The position numbers and the translations under genes are program-made. This document shows, piece after piece, positions 52,104 to 64,000 of a stretch of DNA of 64,000 nt (positions are counted from its first letter, which is position 1; every line of letters starts with the position of its first letter). Below the pieces are notes generated by a model, which did not search any database, was not told the origin of the DNA, and worked only from the letters and a program-made list of their open reading frames with translations. The stretch is from the NCBI GenBank assembly GCA_946965045.2, contig OX337236.1, positions 3,224,001 through 3,288,000 of the forward strand, in the 5' to 3' direction. Source of the stretch: Epithemia pelagica. Taxonomy: Eukaryota; Protista; Bacillariophyta.

Positions 52104-55100
52104 ATGGAAGCGACACCTCCCAAGACACCGTTTACTCCTCCTGAGGACAAGTCAAGTCATATAACCGACCAAGATCTCTTCGACCATATAACTAAAGGCA
52201 TCTTTGGTTGTAATGATGAACGAGCCCAATCACTTCAAAAGTGGATGCGACATCATGGTTTTGAACATATCCTTCATGTCCTCGACCATGTTGCAACTGA
52301 TCCTGAGGAGACACTCAAGGATCTCATGCAATACAAGGTTGGAAAGCAAGTCAACGACCTACAGACAAGTACAAGATTACAACTCAAACTAATGGCATAT
52401 TGGTTACTACAACAACGGCAACTCCAACATGGAAAACTACCCCGTGCTACATGGATGAACCTCACGAGGGACCAATATGACGATTGGAGGATCAACACCG
52501 ACTTTACCAAGTCTGGTATGAACCAAGACCCAGTTTCTCCTCTGAAATCACCTGCACACTCCGTATCATCCCGATCTCCCACTACATCCTCTACAACATC
52601 TCAATCCATGTTAGATCTCTCTGCTTTCAAGAAAGGAACCAAAAGAGATGCAACAGCATTTGAATCATTCAAAGACGAACGATACTTTGATTCGTTTTGG
52701 CGTGTATTCAAATCAACTGCGAAAGCACAAGGATTGTCGAATGTTCTTGATTTCAATTACAAGGTACCCAAGGATGACGAATGCGCAGAGTTACTTTTCC
52801 GAGAACAACAAGTCTTTGTCTATTCTGTACTTGTACGTATTATCCAAACCGACCAAGGAAGAGCATACGTTCGAGAACATGAACATGATGAAGATGCAAG
52901 AGCCGTCTTGAAGAAACTCCATGTTCTACACACTGAATCTGATCTCGCTAAGCGAGAAGTGTTACGCCTAACAAGCTACATTTCGAATCTTCGACTGGAT
53001 GACTCTTGGCGTGGTACAACTCGTCAGTTTCTCCTACATTTCCAAGAACAGCTACGACTTCTGGATAACCTTGTACCACTGTCGGATCGTATCCATGACC
53101 ATACAAGGATGACCTTCCTTATGCAAGCTGTTGAAAAAGTACCTGATTTAAGACGAGTCAAGATCTTGGATAACGTTGTCAACACAAAATCTGGAGCCAA
53201 GTCTCTCTGTTATCAATCATATTTCCGCCTACTTCTTGATGCTGCTTTTGACCATGACCAAGCTACCCGAACTTCTGCGTCTAACCGTCGTCGTCATGTA
53301 AAGCAACATGAATTTCAGTTGGATGAACCTTTTGAACCAATGGAGCCCCCTGACTACCAGATCAACAACACAAATATCCAATCCGAAAAGTCCCCAACTT
53401 CGTCGAAAATCAGCCTTCCAAGAGATGTATGGTTTAAACTCTCTGAAGAGGATCGGCAAATCATTGTCGACTTCAATAAATCCGTCCAAGATTCCCCGAC
53501 AACTCCACGCAAGGTCCAAACACATTCTCTTGACATTGATCCTGAACCGGACCCTGATCCTGATGCCAACAACGTTGGTGATACCCATCAAGATGCACCA
53601 GAACAAGATCCATTCGATACATCCTCTGATCCGGTTACCCAGTTCGTACACCAGGCTATTGCATCGACAGATATCAATCATCCAGCATCTGACCTCAGCA
53701 ACATCTTGTCAACTTCTACGACAAAGTCAAGTCCTAAAGTCAAGTTCAAGTCTTCTGCCGACCACAAGCAAAAGGTTCATATGTCACGGTATCTATTCTC
53801 CCGCAAATCCACCTTTTCTGGTAATCAACTCATCGATCGAGGTGCCAATGGAGGCCTTGCAGGATCTGACATGCGCATCCTTGCCAAAACCGGACGTCAT
53901 ATTACCATCGTAGGTATTGACAATCATGAATTGACTGGCCTTCCAGTTGTTACCTGTGCTGCCAAGTTTGATACAAGTGATGGACCCATTATTGGTATCT
54001 TCAATGAGTATGCCCACTATGGAAAGGGTTTATCTATCCATGCCCCAGCGCAATTTGAACATTTCGGCCTATCTGTCGACGAACGATCCGTCAAGGTTGA
54101 TGGCAAACAACGCATTACTACCCTTGATGGACGTGCATTGCCCTTACGAATCAAGGATGGCCTTGCATACATTCAATCTCTGGGAATCCCTTCTGATGAC
54201 GATATGGATAAATATCCGCATATTGTGTTCACTTCACCCCATATCTGGGATCCTTCTGTACTTGACCATACCCATCCAGACCCCCATCAAGACCCTGCAT
54301 CGAACTGGACATCTGTGGAGACTGATGGTAGTATGGAAACGTACCCCTATGACCAATATGGGGAGTATACCGATCGCGTTGTATGCACTTTGAATCTCCT
54401 CCTTGATCTCCCATATGATCATGGCCCCGATACACCTTCCTTCTTTTCCATCTATGCTGATCAAGATGGCAACGACCCCACACTTCATGCGTCTGTCCAC
54501 AAGCTCTACAAGGAACAATACGACTGGAAGAAATTTCGCCCTTTCTTTGGATGGCAATCGGAAGATGTAATCGCAGATACGTTCAAGCATACAACTCGTC
54601 ATGGACACATTTCCTTTGACCAGGATACCTTGAAGAAACATTTTAAGGCCCGGAATCCTATCCTTAACCTACCACGACGGCATGAACCCGTTGCCACTGA
54701 CTCCATCTTCTCCGACACCCCGGCTGTTAACCATGGTGGCAAGATTGCTCAGATTTTTGTTGGTCGTGATACTTTGGTTACTGACATTTATGGTATCAAG
54801 TCTACCAAGCAATTCGTCAATACCCTCCAGGATAACATTCGTACACGTGGTGTCATGGAGTCTTTGATCAGTGATGGTGGTTCGTCACTTATTTCCCACA
54901 AGGTCAAGGATATTCTTCGCACCCTTCTGATTGGTGAATACCGTTCCGAGCCCTATCATCAACACCAGAACAAAGCTGAGAACCGCTACCAGACCGTTAA
55001 GCGTATGACCAACGCTATCATGAATGCCTCTGGTTGCCCTGCTTCTGCATGGTTACTTTGTTTAGAATATGTGTGTGACCTCCTCAATCACACTTCCTCT

Positions 55101-57785
55101 ACCACCCACTCTGGCCGCACCCCTCTTGAGGCTCTTACCGGTACCCCACCCGACATTACCCATCTCCTTTTCTTTCCTTTCTGGGATGAGGTCTACTATC
55201 GTGTCGACCCTTCTGAACCTACCTCCGGTTCTTACCCTTCGTCTCCCGACGAGAAGCTTGGCCATTGGGTTGGTTTTGCCCACAATGTTGGTGATGCCTT
55301 TACTTGGAAGATCCTCACTGCCGACAACGTCATCATCTACCGTTCCGCTGTCCGTCGCGTTGCCTCCACTACCCCCAACCTTCGTGTGGATATCTCTTCA
55401 GGGGAGGAGTCGCCGCATAAACCCACTGACAAGCAAGGTGACACTGTCTTTATTCGCAGCAGAAGTGAAGACCCATCCACACCTATGCCAACAATTGACT
55501 ATGATGATTTAGTTGGACGCACATTCCTTTGTGACACTGAAGAGAATGGGGAGCGCCACCGAGCACGAGTAATCAAACGAGTTGTCGACCTGGAACAAGA
55601 TGCAACCAAACAAGAAGATCGACTCAAATACATCTTTCGCAAGTCTAACTCCAATGTTGATGAGATGATCTCCTACAACCAGCTCATGGAATACATTGAA
55701 AGGGATAATCAAGCCCAAACGACAGGGGATAGTCTCTTCCGATTCAGAGACGTTATTGCACACCAAGGACCTTTGAACTCAAGCGACCCAGACTATAAAG
55801 GGAGTAAATATAATGTCCTTGTTGATTGGGAGACTGGGGAGACGACATACGAACCTCTATCTCTTATTGCAAATGATGACCCCATCACAGTCGCCATCTA
55901 TGCCAAGAAAAATGGTTTGCTGGATCTACCTGGATGGAAACATCTCAAGCGATACGTCAAGACAAGCAAAAGACTCATTCGAGCAGCTAAACAATCCAGG
56001 ATCAAACAAGTTCGTCGCTCTATCAAGTACAAGTTTGGTTTCCAAGTACCTCGTACCTATGAAGAAGCAGTGGAACTAGACAAGCAGTTTGGGAACACGA
56101 AATGGCAAGACGCAACAGAATTGGAACTCTCACAGATCCAATCGTATAACACTTTCAAGAACCATGGAAAAGCCAAGTTCATTAATGGGAAATTGGCCAA
56201 TGCACCAGAAGGATATCATAAGATAAGAGTACATCTGGTCTTTGATGTCAAGCATGACGGAAGGCACAAGGCACGACTTGTCGCAGATGGACATCTCACC
56301 AAGGAACCCGTTGAGACCATCTATTCAGGGGTTGTCTCCATTCGCAACCTTCGCATTGCCATATTTCTTGGAACCATGAACGACATGGAAATATGGGGAG
56401 CAGATATTGGGAACGCATACCTAGAAGCATTGACAGGAGAGAAGATTTTCATCATTGCAGGACCAGAGTTCAAGGAGTTAGAAGGACATATCTTGATCAT
56501 CTACAAGGCATTATATGGTCTCAAATCCTCAGGTGCTCGCTGGCATGACAAACTGTTTGATGTTCTCATTGATATGGAATTTTCTCCAAGCAAGGCTGAC
56601 CCTGATATTTGGATGAAGAAGGCTCCTGGAGAAGACTGTTATGAATATATCGCTGTATATGTTGATGACTTAGCTATCGTTGCCATGGACCCTGAAGCTG
56701 TCTGCAAGATCTTTACAGAAAAATACAACTTCAAACTCAAAGGAGTCGGACCTATCGAGTATCATTTGGGGTGTCGTTATACCAAAGATCCAGACGGTAC
56801 ACTTGTGTCTGACCCACGAAGGTACATCGAGAAGATGATGGATACCTATGAACGATTGTTCAATGAGAAACCCAAGAAAGCAAAGCCGCCAGTCATTGCT
56901 AACGATCATCCTGAACTCGATGACTCTGAGCTCTTAGATGAAGAAGGGACCCAGCATTTCCAGACTCTTATTGGACAACTGCAATGGCTAATTACCATTG
57001 GCCGTTTTGATGTCTTTCCTGCTACCATGACTCTATCAAGGTTCAGAGCTGCTCCAAGGATTGGTCATTTGAAGCGAGCTAAGCGCATCTATGGATACCT
57101 CATGTCATTTCCTGATGGGTCTATCAGATTCCGCACTGGGGAGCCAGATTTATCAGCTTTACCTATCCAAGAATACGATTGGAGTCGTACTGTATACATG
57201 GACGCCAAGGAACGTATCCCTGAGGACTGTCCAACCCCACTTGGGCGTTTTGTGACAACTATACATTATGTCGACGCAAATCTCATGCATGATATTGTTA
57301 CTGGGAAAGCAGTTACAGCCATCCTGCATTTTGTAAATGGTACACCCGTGGACTGGTACAGTAAGCGACAAGCCACAGTGGAAACAGCCACGTATGGATC
57401 TGAATTTGTTGCCGCAAGGACTGCAGTTGATCAGATCACGGAGCTACGCCTTACACTCCGATACTTGGGAGTCCCTCTGCGAGAGAAGAGTTACATGTTT
57501 GGAGATAACCGCTCTGTCGTTATCAATAGCACCACGCCACACTCAATCATCTCCAAGAGGCACCATCTCCTATCCTATCACCGAGTCCGTGAAGCTATCG
57601 CTGCAAAGTACGTCGCATTCTACTGGAAAGATGGAAAGACAAACCCAGCTGATATCCTCAGTAAACATTGGGAATTCGCCGCAGTTTGGCCCATGCTCAG
57701 ATCTTTGTTATTCTGGAGAGGAAAAATCCAGGAAAGTGATGAGGGAATTGACAATCCTCATTCGACGAATTGTGGGGAGTGTTAG
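52104..57785 (+). CDS. gag-pol: Copia gag-pol polyprotein, 1893 aa, intact
   Basis: Protease LIDRGANGG; integrase ATDSIFSD / ISDGG / QNKAENR; chromo-like module; RT ADIGNAYL, YVDD; RNase H YVDANLMHD...E...GDN; stop codon lies in the first bases of the 3' LTR. Confidence 0.96.
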   Translation: MEATPPKTPFTPPEDKSSHITDQDLFDHITKGIFGCNDERAQSLQKWMRHHGFEHILHVLDHVATDPEETLKDLMQYKVGKQVNDLQTSTRLQLKLMAYWLLQQRQLQHGKLPRATWMNLTRDQYDDWRINTDFTKSGMNQDPVSPLKSPAHSVSSRSPTTSSTTSQSMLDLSAFKKGTKRDATAFESFKDERYFDSFWRVFKSTAKAQGLSNVLDFNYKVPKDDECAELLFREQQVFVYSVLVRIIQTDQGRAYVREHEHDEDARAVLKKLHVLHTESDLAKREVLRLTSYISNLRLDDSWRGTTRQFLLHFQEQLRLLDNLVPLSDRIHDHTRMTFLMQAVEKVPDLRRVKILDNVVNTKSGAKSLCYQSYFRLLLDAAFDHDQATRTSASNRRRHVKQHEFQLDEPFEPMEPPDYQINNTNIQSEKSPTSSKISLPRDVWFKLSEEDRQIIVDFNKSVQDSPTTPRKVQTHSLDIDPEPDPDPDANNVGDTHQDAPEQDPFDTSSDPVTQFVHQAIASTDINHPASDLSNILSTSTTKSSPKVKFKSSADHKQKVHMSRYLFSRKSTFSGNQLIDRGANGGLAGSDMRILAKTGRHITIVGIDNHELTGLPVVTCAAKFDTSDGPIIGIFNEYAHYGKGLSIHAPAQFEHFGLSVDERSVKVDGKQRITTLDGRALPLRIKDGLAYIQSLGIPSDDDMDKYPHIVFTSPHIWDPSVLDHTHPDPHQDPASNWTSVETDGSMETYPYDQYGEYTDRVVCTLNLLLDLPYDHGPDTPSFFSIYADQDGNDPTLHASVHKLYKEQYDWKKFRPFFGWQSEDVIADTFKHTTRHGHISFDQDTLKKHFKARNPILNLPRRHEPVATDSIFSDTPAVNHGGKIAQIFVGRDTLVTDIYGIKSTKQFVNTLQDNIRTRGVMESLISDGGSSLISHKVKDILRTLLIGEYRSEPYHQHQNKAENRYQTVKRMTNAIMNASGCPASAWLLCLEYVCDLLNHTSSTTHSGRTPLEALTGTPPDITHLLFFPFWDEVYYRVDPSEPTSGSYPSSPDEKLGHWVGFAHNVGDAFTWKILTADNVIIYRSAVRRVASTTPNLRVDISSGEESPHKPTDKQGDTVFIRSRSEDPSTPMPTIDYDDLVGRTFLCDTEENGERHRARVIKRVVDLEQDATKQEDRLKYIFRKSNSNVDEMISYNQLMEYIERDNQAQTTGDSLFRFRDVIAHQGPLNSSDPDYKGSKYNVLVDWETGETTYEPLSLIANDDPITVAIYAKKNGLLDLPGWKHLKRYVKTSKRLIRAAKQSRIKQVRRSIKYKFGFQVPRTYEEAVELDKQFGNTKWQDATELELSQIQSYNTFKNHGKAKFINGKLANAPEGYHKIRVHLVFDVKHDGRHKARLVADGHLTKEPVETIYSGVVSIRNLRIAIFLGTMNDMEIWGADIGNAYLEALTGEKIFIIAGPEFKELEGHILIIYKALYGLKSSGARWHDKLFDVLIDMEFSPSKADPDIWMKKAPGEDCYEYIAVYVDDLAIVAMDPEAVCKIFTEKYNFKLKGVGPIEYHLGCRYTKDPDGTLVSDPRRYIEKMMDTYERLFNEKPKKAKPPVIANDHPELDDSELLDEEGTQHFQTLIGQLQWLITIGRFDVFPATMTLSRFRAAPRIGHLKRAKRIYGYLMSFPDGSIRFRTGEPDLSALPIQEYDWSRTVYMDAKERIPEDCPTPLGRFVTTIHYVDANLMHDIVTGKAVTAILHFVNGTPVDWYSKRQATVETATYGSEFVAARTAVDQITELRLTLRYLGVPLREKSYMFGDNRSVVINSTTPHSIISKRHHLLSYHRVREAIAAKYVAFYWKDGKTNPADILSKHWEFAAVWPMLRSLLFWRGKIQESDEGIDNPHSTNCGEC

Positions 57786-58537
57786 GATTCTCACCGAAAA
57801 CTAGGTGGCGAAACCTACAACTCATCGAATGATGCTAGTATTTTATGGCATCCGATGACATTTTCCTAAAAGTGAGAAAAGAATGTCGGCATGCTCGCGA
57901 AACTATAAATTTGGCCACGGCATGCTCGCAGCGCACGCGTTATCGGCGACCGCTCGGATATTAACTATGGCCCAACACGTGCGCGCCCAAAACTATCAAG
58001 TGCGCGCCTCTACTATCCGAGTACGCGCATCCACGATTCGACCTAACGGTCTATGTAATCAAAGCACGAATCACGATCACGCGAGACCATATCTCTGTTC
58101 CCACAAATCCAAGAATGCAAACAGCAACGCGCCCAGGACAAGACTTATACCACGACAAAGCAAGAGCTGTTGCATCCCATACATGTTATCCATCACCCTA
58201 TACATTCAATATACACCAATGCCGGTCTACTCCAACCAGTGAGGACCTATCACACCAGATCCATGGCCGTATTCAAGAGCCAGGACTTCGGCACCGTCAA
58301 CCACCTTAGTTAGTAATCGTCTCACAATCATTAATATCACCATTTTAACACTCATCTTAAGACTTACCTCTTATCAGTGGACCGACTGCCCCCACCCACG
58401 GCGGACTTCGACTTGCAACTCTTCTCTGACCCGTGGAGGATTGTTGTATCGGTTGGTGATTCGATTGTCGGCTCAGCGAGCCTTTTACCTATCCACACTA
58501 TCTGTCTAACCCCTGTTGAATCGAGAGAAGTTTATCA
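57780..58537 (+). repeat. Copia 3' LTR (preceded by a short PPT, GTGGGGAG)
   Basis: Direct repeat of 50218-50975. Confidence 0.95.
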
Positions 58538-58908
58538 CCGGGAAACGATAACGTGAAACATGATGTGAAAAGCAATACAGAATGTAACGGTGGGCCGGAC
58601 CCGCGTCCCCGCGGCCGTTACTCTCGGCTCTTTGGTGACGGGGGCCACACGCACACACAGTACAGTCAGTTAGAGGGACCACTCGAGGAGCGTGACACGC
58701 GCCCTCACAGATGTTCCCACAGTTTTCGCGGTTGTTGGGGAACCTTTTGTACCGAAACGATTCCACACGACTCGTGACGGTGCGCTCCCCTCACAGTCAG
58801 TCCATGTGTCCGTTGTGTCGACATTCGGTCGCCGATTGATCCACCCAAATTTGCGGTCGCGTGAAACATGTCAGTCGCTCACAAAAAGGTGACGTTCTCC
58901 GTTCTCCA

Positions 58909-58941
<33 letters not shown>

Positions 58942-59854
58942 GCTCATCTGTTCTGGGACGGACAGACGTGTCCTGCTTTTGGGTCGCTTCTCTCTCCAAC
59001 TCCCTTTGGTCTTTTTCTGTGGTTTGGCGTTTGGCAAGAAGAGACAACCCCAGTACTACAAACTACAACCACGTATATTGGATCTTGGGGCAATGCTGCC
59101 ATACCACACCAAGTTGGTTGTTTCCTGGTGTGTGTTTAATACCATCTTATGTCAACCGGCATGACTTACTTTCTCCACTACCTAGAATCGTCTTTCCACC
59201 TATCTATATATAGTAGAAGAAAGAAGAAAGCAATTCTGGAACCCACAAACTGTGCCACGACGAAGAGAGATCAAACACACACATGTGTGTGCGTGTTGCC
59301 CGTGTCATGTAGAGTCTTGCCTTTTGGGGGTCTGAATGATGATAATAATGATACTACGTATGACGATGATGAGCTGTTGGTTGGTTCCATAACAAAGTCC
59401 TCGATAGTGCGACTCTTTCTATATGACGCTGCTAAAGAGCGACTTAAACGCGGCAAGGATCCAAAGCTAGCTAGAGGGAAGGAGAGGTAGACATGGTAGA
59501 GCCCCTACTGGAAACTGAAACGCGAGCTTTCTGGTTGGGCCTCCTTTCAAGGGACATCGCGATGGTCCCACAAAACGCAGTGTTGGGAGGGTGAGTGTTT
59601 GCCTCCTTTGTGGAACATCCAAGACAGTGTGTGAGACGGTGTGATCCCATTGAACGAGAGAGAGAGATAGAGAGAGAGGAAACAGTTCTCTCTAGAGATT
59701 GCTCGATTCCAAGCGCGCTTTTGTCGTCGTCGTGCTTGTGTTGTGGGTCCGTGTTTGTTGGTGTTGAAAGAGAAACCATCTCCAGTCTCAATCTCGCTCT
59801 AATATTGGCGCATCAAATTACGATCCAACCACAACAACAAGAGGAAGAAGAACC

Positions 59855-60739
59855 ATGACGGCGGCTCGGAGAAATCACCAGACGCTGGAGGACGACGATT
59901 CGTCTCGTCAGGAAGAGGAGGCAGAGTCTTCGGAGGAGGAAGCACCGGCCGACCATTCCTCCTCCTCCGAAGACGAAGAAGAGGAGGAGGATGAAACGAC
60001 ACACCATGTCATGGCCATGGTGACCCGTGCGGCCACAACACTGGGATCGTCCACCGATGTCAATACGGACAGTGAAACGGACCACGACGACGAACCCACC
60101 AACGACCATTGCAATGACAACCATAACAACACGAAACACGAGGCCACGACCAAAACCACGAGTGTGGCGGATATTCGCCAGGAAATGAAGCAACGGCACA
60201 AGGAACGACTGCGACAATTGCAACAGGAACGAAACCAAAAAGAACAGCAAGATCAACCACAAGAACAAGAACAACCACGAGCCGTCTTGTCGCGCAATCG
60301 ATCCAATCGAGCCTTGCAAGTGCCTCGTCGCTTGTCGGCCGGAGGAGGGAATTATACCATGGCGTATACCGGATCGTCGTCTTCCACTGGACCCAAATCC
60401 CACAACCAACAGCAACGACGACGAGCCTCCATGGAATCTTCTTCTTCTTCGACAGCACGGCCTCGACGACGTCTCTCCATGGAACAACAACACAACAACA
60501 AGCAGCAATCTCGACGCGGCAGTGCCAGTGGAGGTACCCGTACGCGACCTGGTTTGATGCGACGGGGATCGTCCCGGCGACTTGTCGTACTGAATACGGA
60601 CCAGAATCGTCCACAACAACGACGCAACTCGGCCAGTGGACCCACTACCAAAGGAATGGTCCCAACCACCACCTCTACGACTCCCAGCAGTCCTCGACGA
60701 TCCTCCCTGACGCATGCGCGAACCAAGTTGCAATGGTAA
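59855..60739 (+). CDS. Acidic/Ser/Arg-rich low-complexity protein, intact copy B, 294 aa
   Basis: Continuous ATG-to-stop ORF with a coiled-coil segment and repeated RRxS motifs; no recognisable domain. Confidence 0.55.
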   Translation: MTAARRNHQTLEDDDSSRQEEEAESSEEEAPADHSSSSEDEEEEEDETTHHVMAMVTRAATTLGSSTDVNTDSETDHDDEPTNDHCNDNHNNTKHEATTKTTSVADIRQEMKQRHKERLRQLQQERNQKEQQDQPQEQEQPRAVLSRNRSNRALQVPRRLSAGGGNYTMAYTGSSSSTGPKSHNQQQRRRASMESSSSSTARPRRRLSMEQQHNNKQQSRRGSASGGTRTRPGLMRRGSSRRLVVLNTDQNRPQQRRNSASGPTTKGMVPTTTSTTPSSPRRSSLTHARTKLQW

Positions 60740-61329
60740 CACACATGACATTACACCACCCAATCATCTACAATCCAAACCAACCACTCACACGCACATA
60801 CAAGTGATTATAATAGCGTCTGTGGAACCCTTGCAAGTCCAGAGTGAGTGAGTGTATATTTATAGTCTTTATTATTATTATATCAAGGATCCTAACGCAA
60901 CCTTGGTATAGAGTAGTAGATTGTCCTTCGTATTCGTAGTGTGAATGTGTGAAACTAGTGGCGTAGACAGTGCGCGCAAGTAGAAACATGAGAGAGAATG
61001 AAGGTTCTTTTGTATGGTAATAGATGATGAGGATGAAGAGATGTTGTGGTGGTGGTGACGAGAGTATGCGAGGATGAAACTGTGGAGTAAAGGGGTCGAA
61101 GGAGAATATATAACGAAGGGATGGTAACCACGAGTGAAACAAATAGAGAGAGCTGTAGGAGTGGTGACAGTGCGAACATCCATTCTTCCCAACGACTGAA
61201 GCGCCATCAGGAAAGAATGTCAACGTAGTAGTAACGATGGAGAGATGGGTACACAAGTGCTGTTGGCTCACCATAGGAGAGAGAGAGAAACACCATGACA
61301 AACGCGCGCGCGCAAGACAAGCGTCATGT

Positions 61330-63265
61330 TCATGCGGTCGCTTCGGCACCATCCGTGGCCAATGGTTCCGCCGCCGCATCCTCCGTCGTGGCTGCTGCGT
61401 CCTTGGGTGGCGGTCCCCATGTCGTGGATGCCGTAGCCGAACTTGCTCCTCCTCCTTCTTTGGAACCCAAGGGTACAAAGTCATTGGCATTCAATTGAAA
61501 CTTTCCACCTTTCTTGGTCGCTGCCTTTTTCTTTGTCGTATTGTTGTTGCGTTCGTCTCCCTCCTTTCCATTGGTCTCGTCCGACGACGACGGTTGTCGA
61601 TTGGCTTGTTCCTTGCGTTTGCGAATTTCCTGGGCCGTCGGGACGGAACCTCGTGGTTGTTGTTGATACCACGCCTTCTTTTCCCGCAAGGCTTGGACCG
61701 ACTGGGCGACATCTTCGAGTTTGACGGGGGGATCCAATTGCAACATGCCAAATTGTTCAAAGGTATCGACCGATAGGGTAAAGGGTCGTTCCGTGACCAA
61801 ATCTTGCTTCTTGGCCGCTCGGACTCGCTTCTTTTTCTTGCCACCCGCCTTGCCAAAATAATCTTCTTCCGCCTTTTTGTTGACGGGGGTCAATCCGGCA
61901 AAGGGATCGTCGTCCGGAACGCGCGTCGTGGCGGCCGTGGCAGCGTCCTTCGTCTTATCCTCGCCATCGGCCGGAGCATCCAAGTAGGTGCGTTCCAAAT
62001 AATTGGCCAAAAAGTCACACAGCGCTTGTTCTTCTTCATAGGGAATTTTCTTGGCTTCTTCGGCTTCAAGTTTGGCTTGATATTCGGCACGTTCCGCTTC
62101 TCGTTTGGCCTTTTCTTCTTCGTATTGCATCTTCTTTTGCGCTTTAATGGCGCGTTGGTAGGTGAACCAGGCATTGTTGGCCGTTCGAAAGGCATCGCGT
62201 TTGACATCCTTTTGGGTAAACAAGTCATTGATTTCTTTGCGGACCGCATCGCGTTTGGTAAAGAGTTCCTTCTTGGCATCCCGTTTGGTTTGATGGGCTT
62301 CATCGAGTTCCTTCATGGCCTTGACAATGGCATCCATTTCGGCCGACACGGCATCAATTTCCTTATCCTTGGCCGAGATTTGTTCGGCCAAGGCCTTGCG
62401 TTGGACCCGCATATCATCCAAGGCGGCATCCTTACTCTTGATATCCGTGACAAACTTTTTGGAGGCTTGCAGGGCATCCATTTCCTTGATGAGCTTCTTT
62501 TCTTCTGTCAGCGACATGCTGGTGGTTTCTTGCAATTTTTGCAACTTGGCAATTTCCTTGTCAATGTCTTGGACGGAACCAAATCGGGCATTGCTCCGAG
62601 CATCCTTCTTGTCCTTGAGCAATTTGTCATTGTCCGTCTTGAGGCGATCCAATTGAGCCCGGAGGGCCTTTTTTTCGTCAATGAGCGTCGTCTTGGTCTT
62701 TTTGAAGGACGCCATTTGCGCGCGTTTTTCCGCCATGGTGGATTTGGACGTGGGATCGTCCATGGCTTGGTCAATTTGCTCTTGGACTTCCTTGCGAGCG
62801 TCTTGCAAGGTTTGAATTTGTTCGTCCAAGGCGGCCAATTCCGCTTCGTGGGCCTCCTTGTTGGGTTTGTCGACCTACAAATTAGAAGTAACAAGAAGAA
62901 GTAAAAAGCAGCAGCGCACAGATAGATGCATGAGTGTGTGAGAGAGAAGGCGATCCACACACAGTCCCATACTTTCTTCTCACACCCTGCGACGCTCTCG
63001 ACACGCACACACACACAACAACAACAACCATTGATCGATCAATAGAAAGATACATAGAGATACGTACTCGTGGAATGGGTTGGGTCAAATCGTACAATTC
63101 TTCAATGGGCTTTTGTTCTTCCCGTGGTCTGGGTTGACGGCCACCCTTTTTCGGTTTCGTGGTGGCACCATCGGTTGTAGTGGTGGTAGCATCGGTGGTC
63201 GGTGGTGCGCCCTCCGTGGCTGGTGGAGTGGCCTCTGCGACGGCGGGTTCGTCCGACGAAGACAT
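61330..63265 (-). CDS. Coiled-coil protein of the Bfr1 / proton-pump-interactor type, 2 exons, ~580 aa
   Basis: Exon 63265-63068, intron GTACGT...TTGTAG 63067-62875, exon 62874-61330 in frame; long coiled coil, IPYEEEQALCDFLANYL, FTLSVDTFEQFGML.LDPP...KKAWY. Family assignment is from recalled motifs. Confidence 0.7.
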
Positions 63266-64000
63266 GATGAGAGTAGTAGGTTTCTCCAAACAATCAAGAA
63301 AAGAAGAAATAGGTTGGTGTAGATCGAGTCACCAACCAAAATGAATCGATTGGTTGGTTGGTTGTGGTGAAGTGATGATGCTTTGGTCACAACAGCTCTC
63401 CTCTGCTGCCAACCACAAATGCTCCAACCACAAAAGGGTGCCAACACCTCTCGTCTTTCTCTTTCTCGTTTTCCTCTGCTAGCACGGTTGCCGTAGGATA
63501 AAGCCTCTGCAAGTTGTTGTTGCTGTTGTTGTTTGCTTGCTCTCGTCGTCGTTCCTTCTACAACACACTCACAACAAAAGGAAACAACCAACTTGTTGGT
63601 ATGGCAGCATTGCCCAAAGATACGTGGTGTGTGTAGGTACGACTTTTGGGTGTGGTGCGCGGTGCGTGATGCAGCGCGATGTAGGAGTAAAAAAAAGGAT
63701 GGCGAAGGAAACTCTTGGAGCGAGGCGCGACCCAAACAGGACACGTCCGTCCGTCTAACCTCTTCAAATGGATGGTCACGATGGACGACAGACAGACATC
63801 GGATGACGTCACTTCTTGAGGAGCGACCGATGTTTTTACGCGAGCGAATCTTTTGGTCGACTAATCCGCGACCTCACGGAACGTCGACGCAACGGACATT
63901 TACAAGCTGAGTTCAGGGAGTATGTTCCTGACGTAGACCCCTCGTAGATTTAGTACCATAAAATATAATCCTCAATAGCGTTTGGCCTGACTAGTGAATG

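Larger units (their letters stand above)
50218..58537 (+). mobile_element. Full-length Ty1/copia (CoDi-like) LTR retrotransposon, 8320 bp
   Basis: 758-bp LTRs at 50218-50975 and 57780-58537 (TGTTAG...TTATCA, no difference seen by eye); TSD CCGGG at 50213-50217 and 58538-58542; empty site at 37531-37535; domain order PR-INT-RT-RH. Confidence 0.97.
44855..60950 (+). repeat. Tandem segmental duplication, copy B (includes the copia insertion)
   Basis: Collinear with copy A apart from the two insertions; right end approximate. Confidence 0.88.

Overview
Eukaryotic nuclear DNA, most likely from a pennate diatom. This is an inference from short GT-AG introns, AAC-rich low-complexity proteins, a CoDi-type Ty1/copia element and a class C GPCR with a periplasmic-binding ectodomain. 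No rRNA, tRNA or CRISPR array was seen. 1-14 kb holds a tandem cluster of stand-alone kelch genes (two intact, one pseudogene split by a 4045-bp Merlin/IS1595-like transposon with two extra ORFs), a short mariner derivative, and two heliorhodopsin paralogs (one full length with unusual intramembrane polar residues, one truncated). 17-27 kb holds a class C GPCR, a complete plant-type mariner with DD42D spacing, a ~100-bp insertion with retroposition hallmarks, and a 4-exon beta-propeller type I membrane protein. 27.6-61 kb holds a giant low-complexity ARM-repeat gene, a GT8 glycosyltransferase and a low-complexity gene, largely duplicated head-to-tail (32167-44854 / 44855-~60950). Copy A carries a captured 1.58-kb genomic fragment with a nested deleted Ty3/gypsy. 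Copy B carries a very recent 8.3-kb Ty1/copia with apparently identical LTRs, an extra ORF, a chromo-like integrase tail and a primer-binding site matching the anticodon arm of tRNA-Asn. 61-63 kb holds a Bfr1/PPI-like coiled-coil gene. All alignments were made by eye. Several frameshifts sit in homopolymers and could be sequencing errors.
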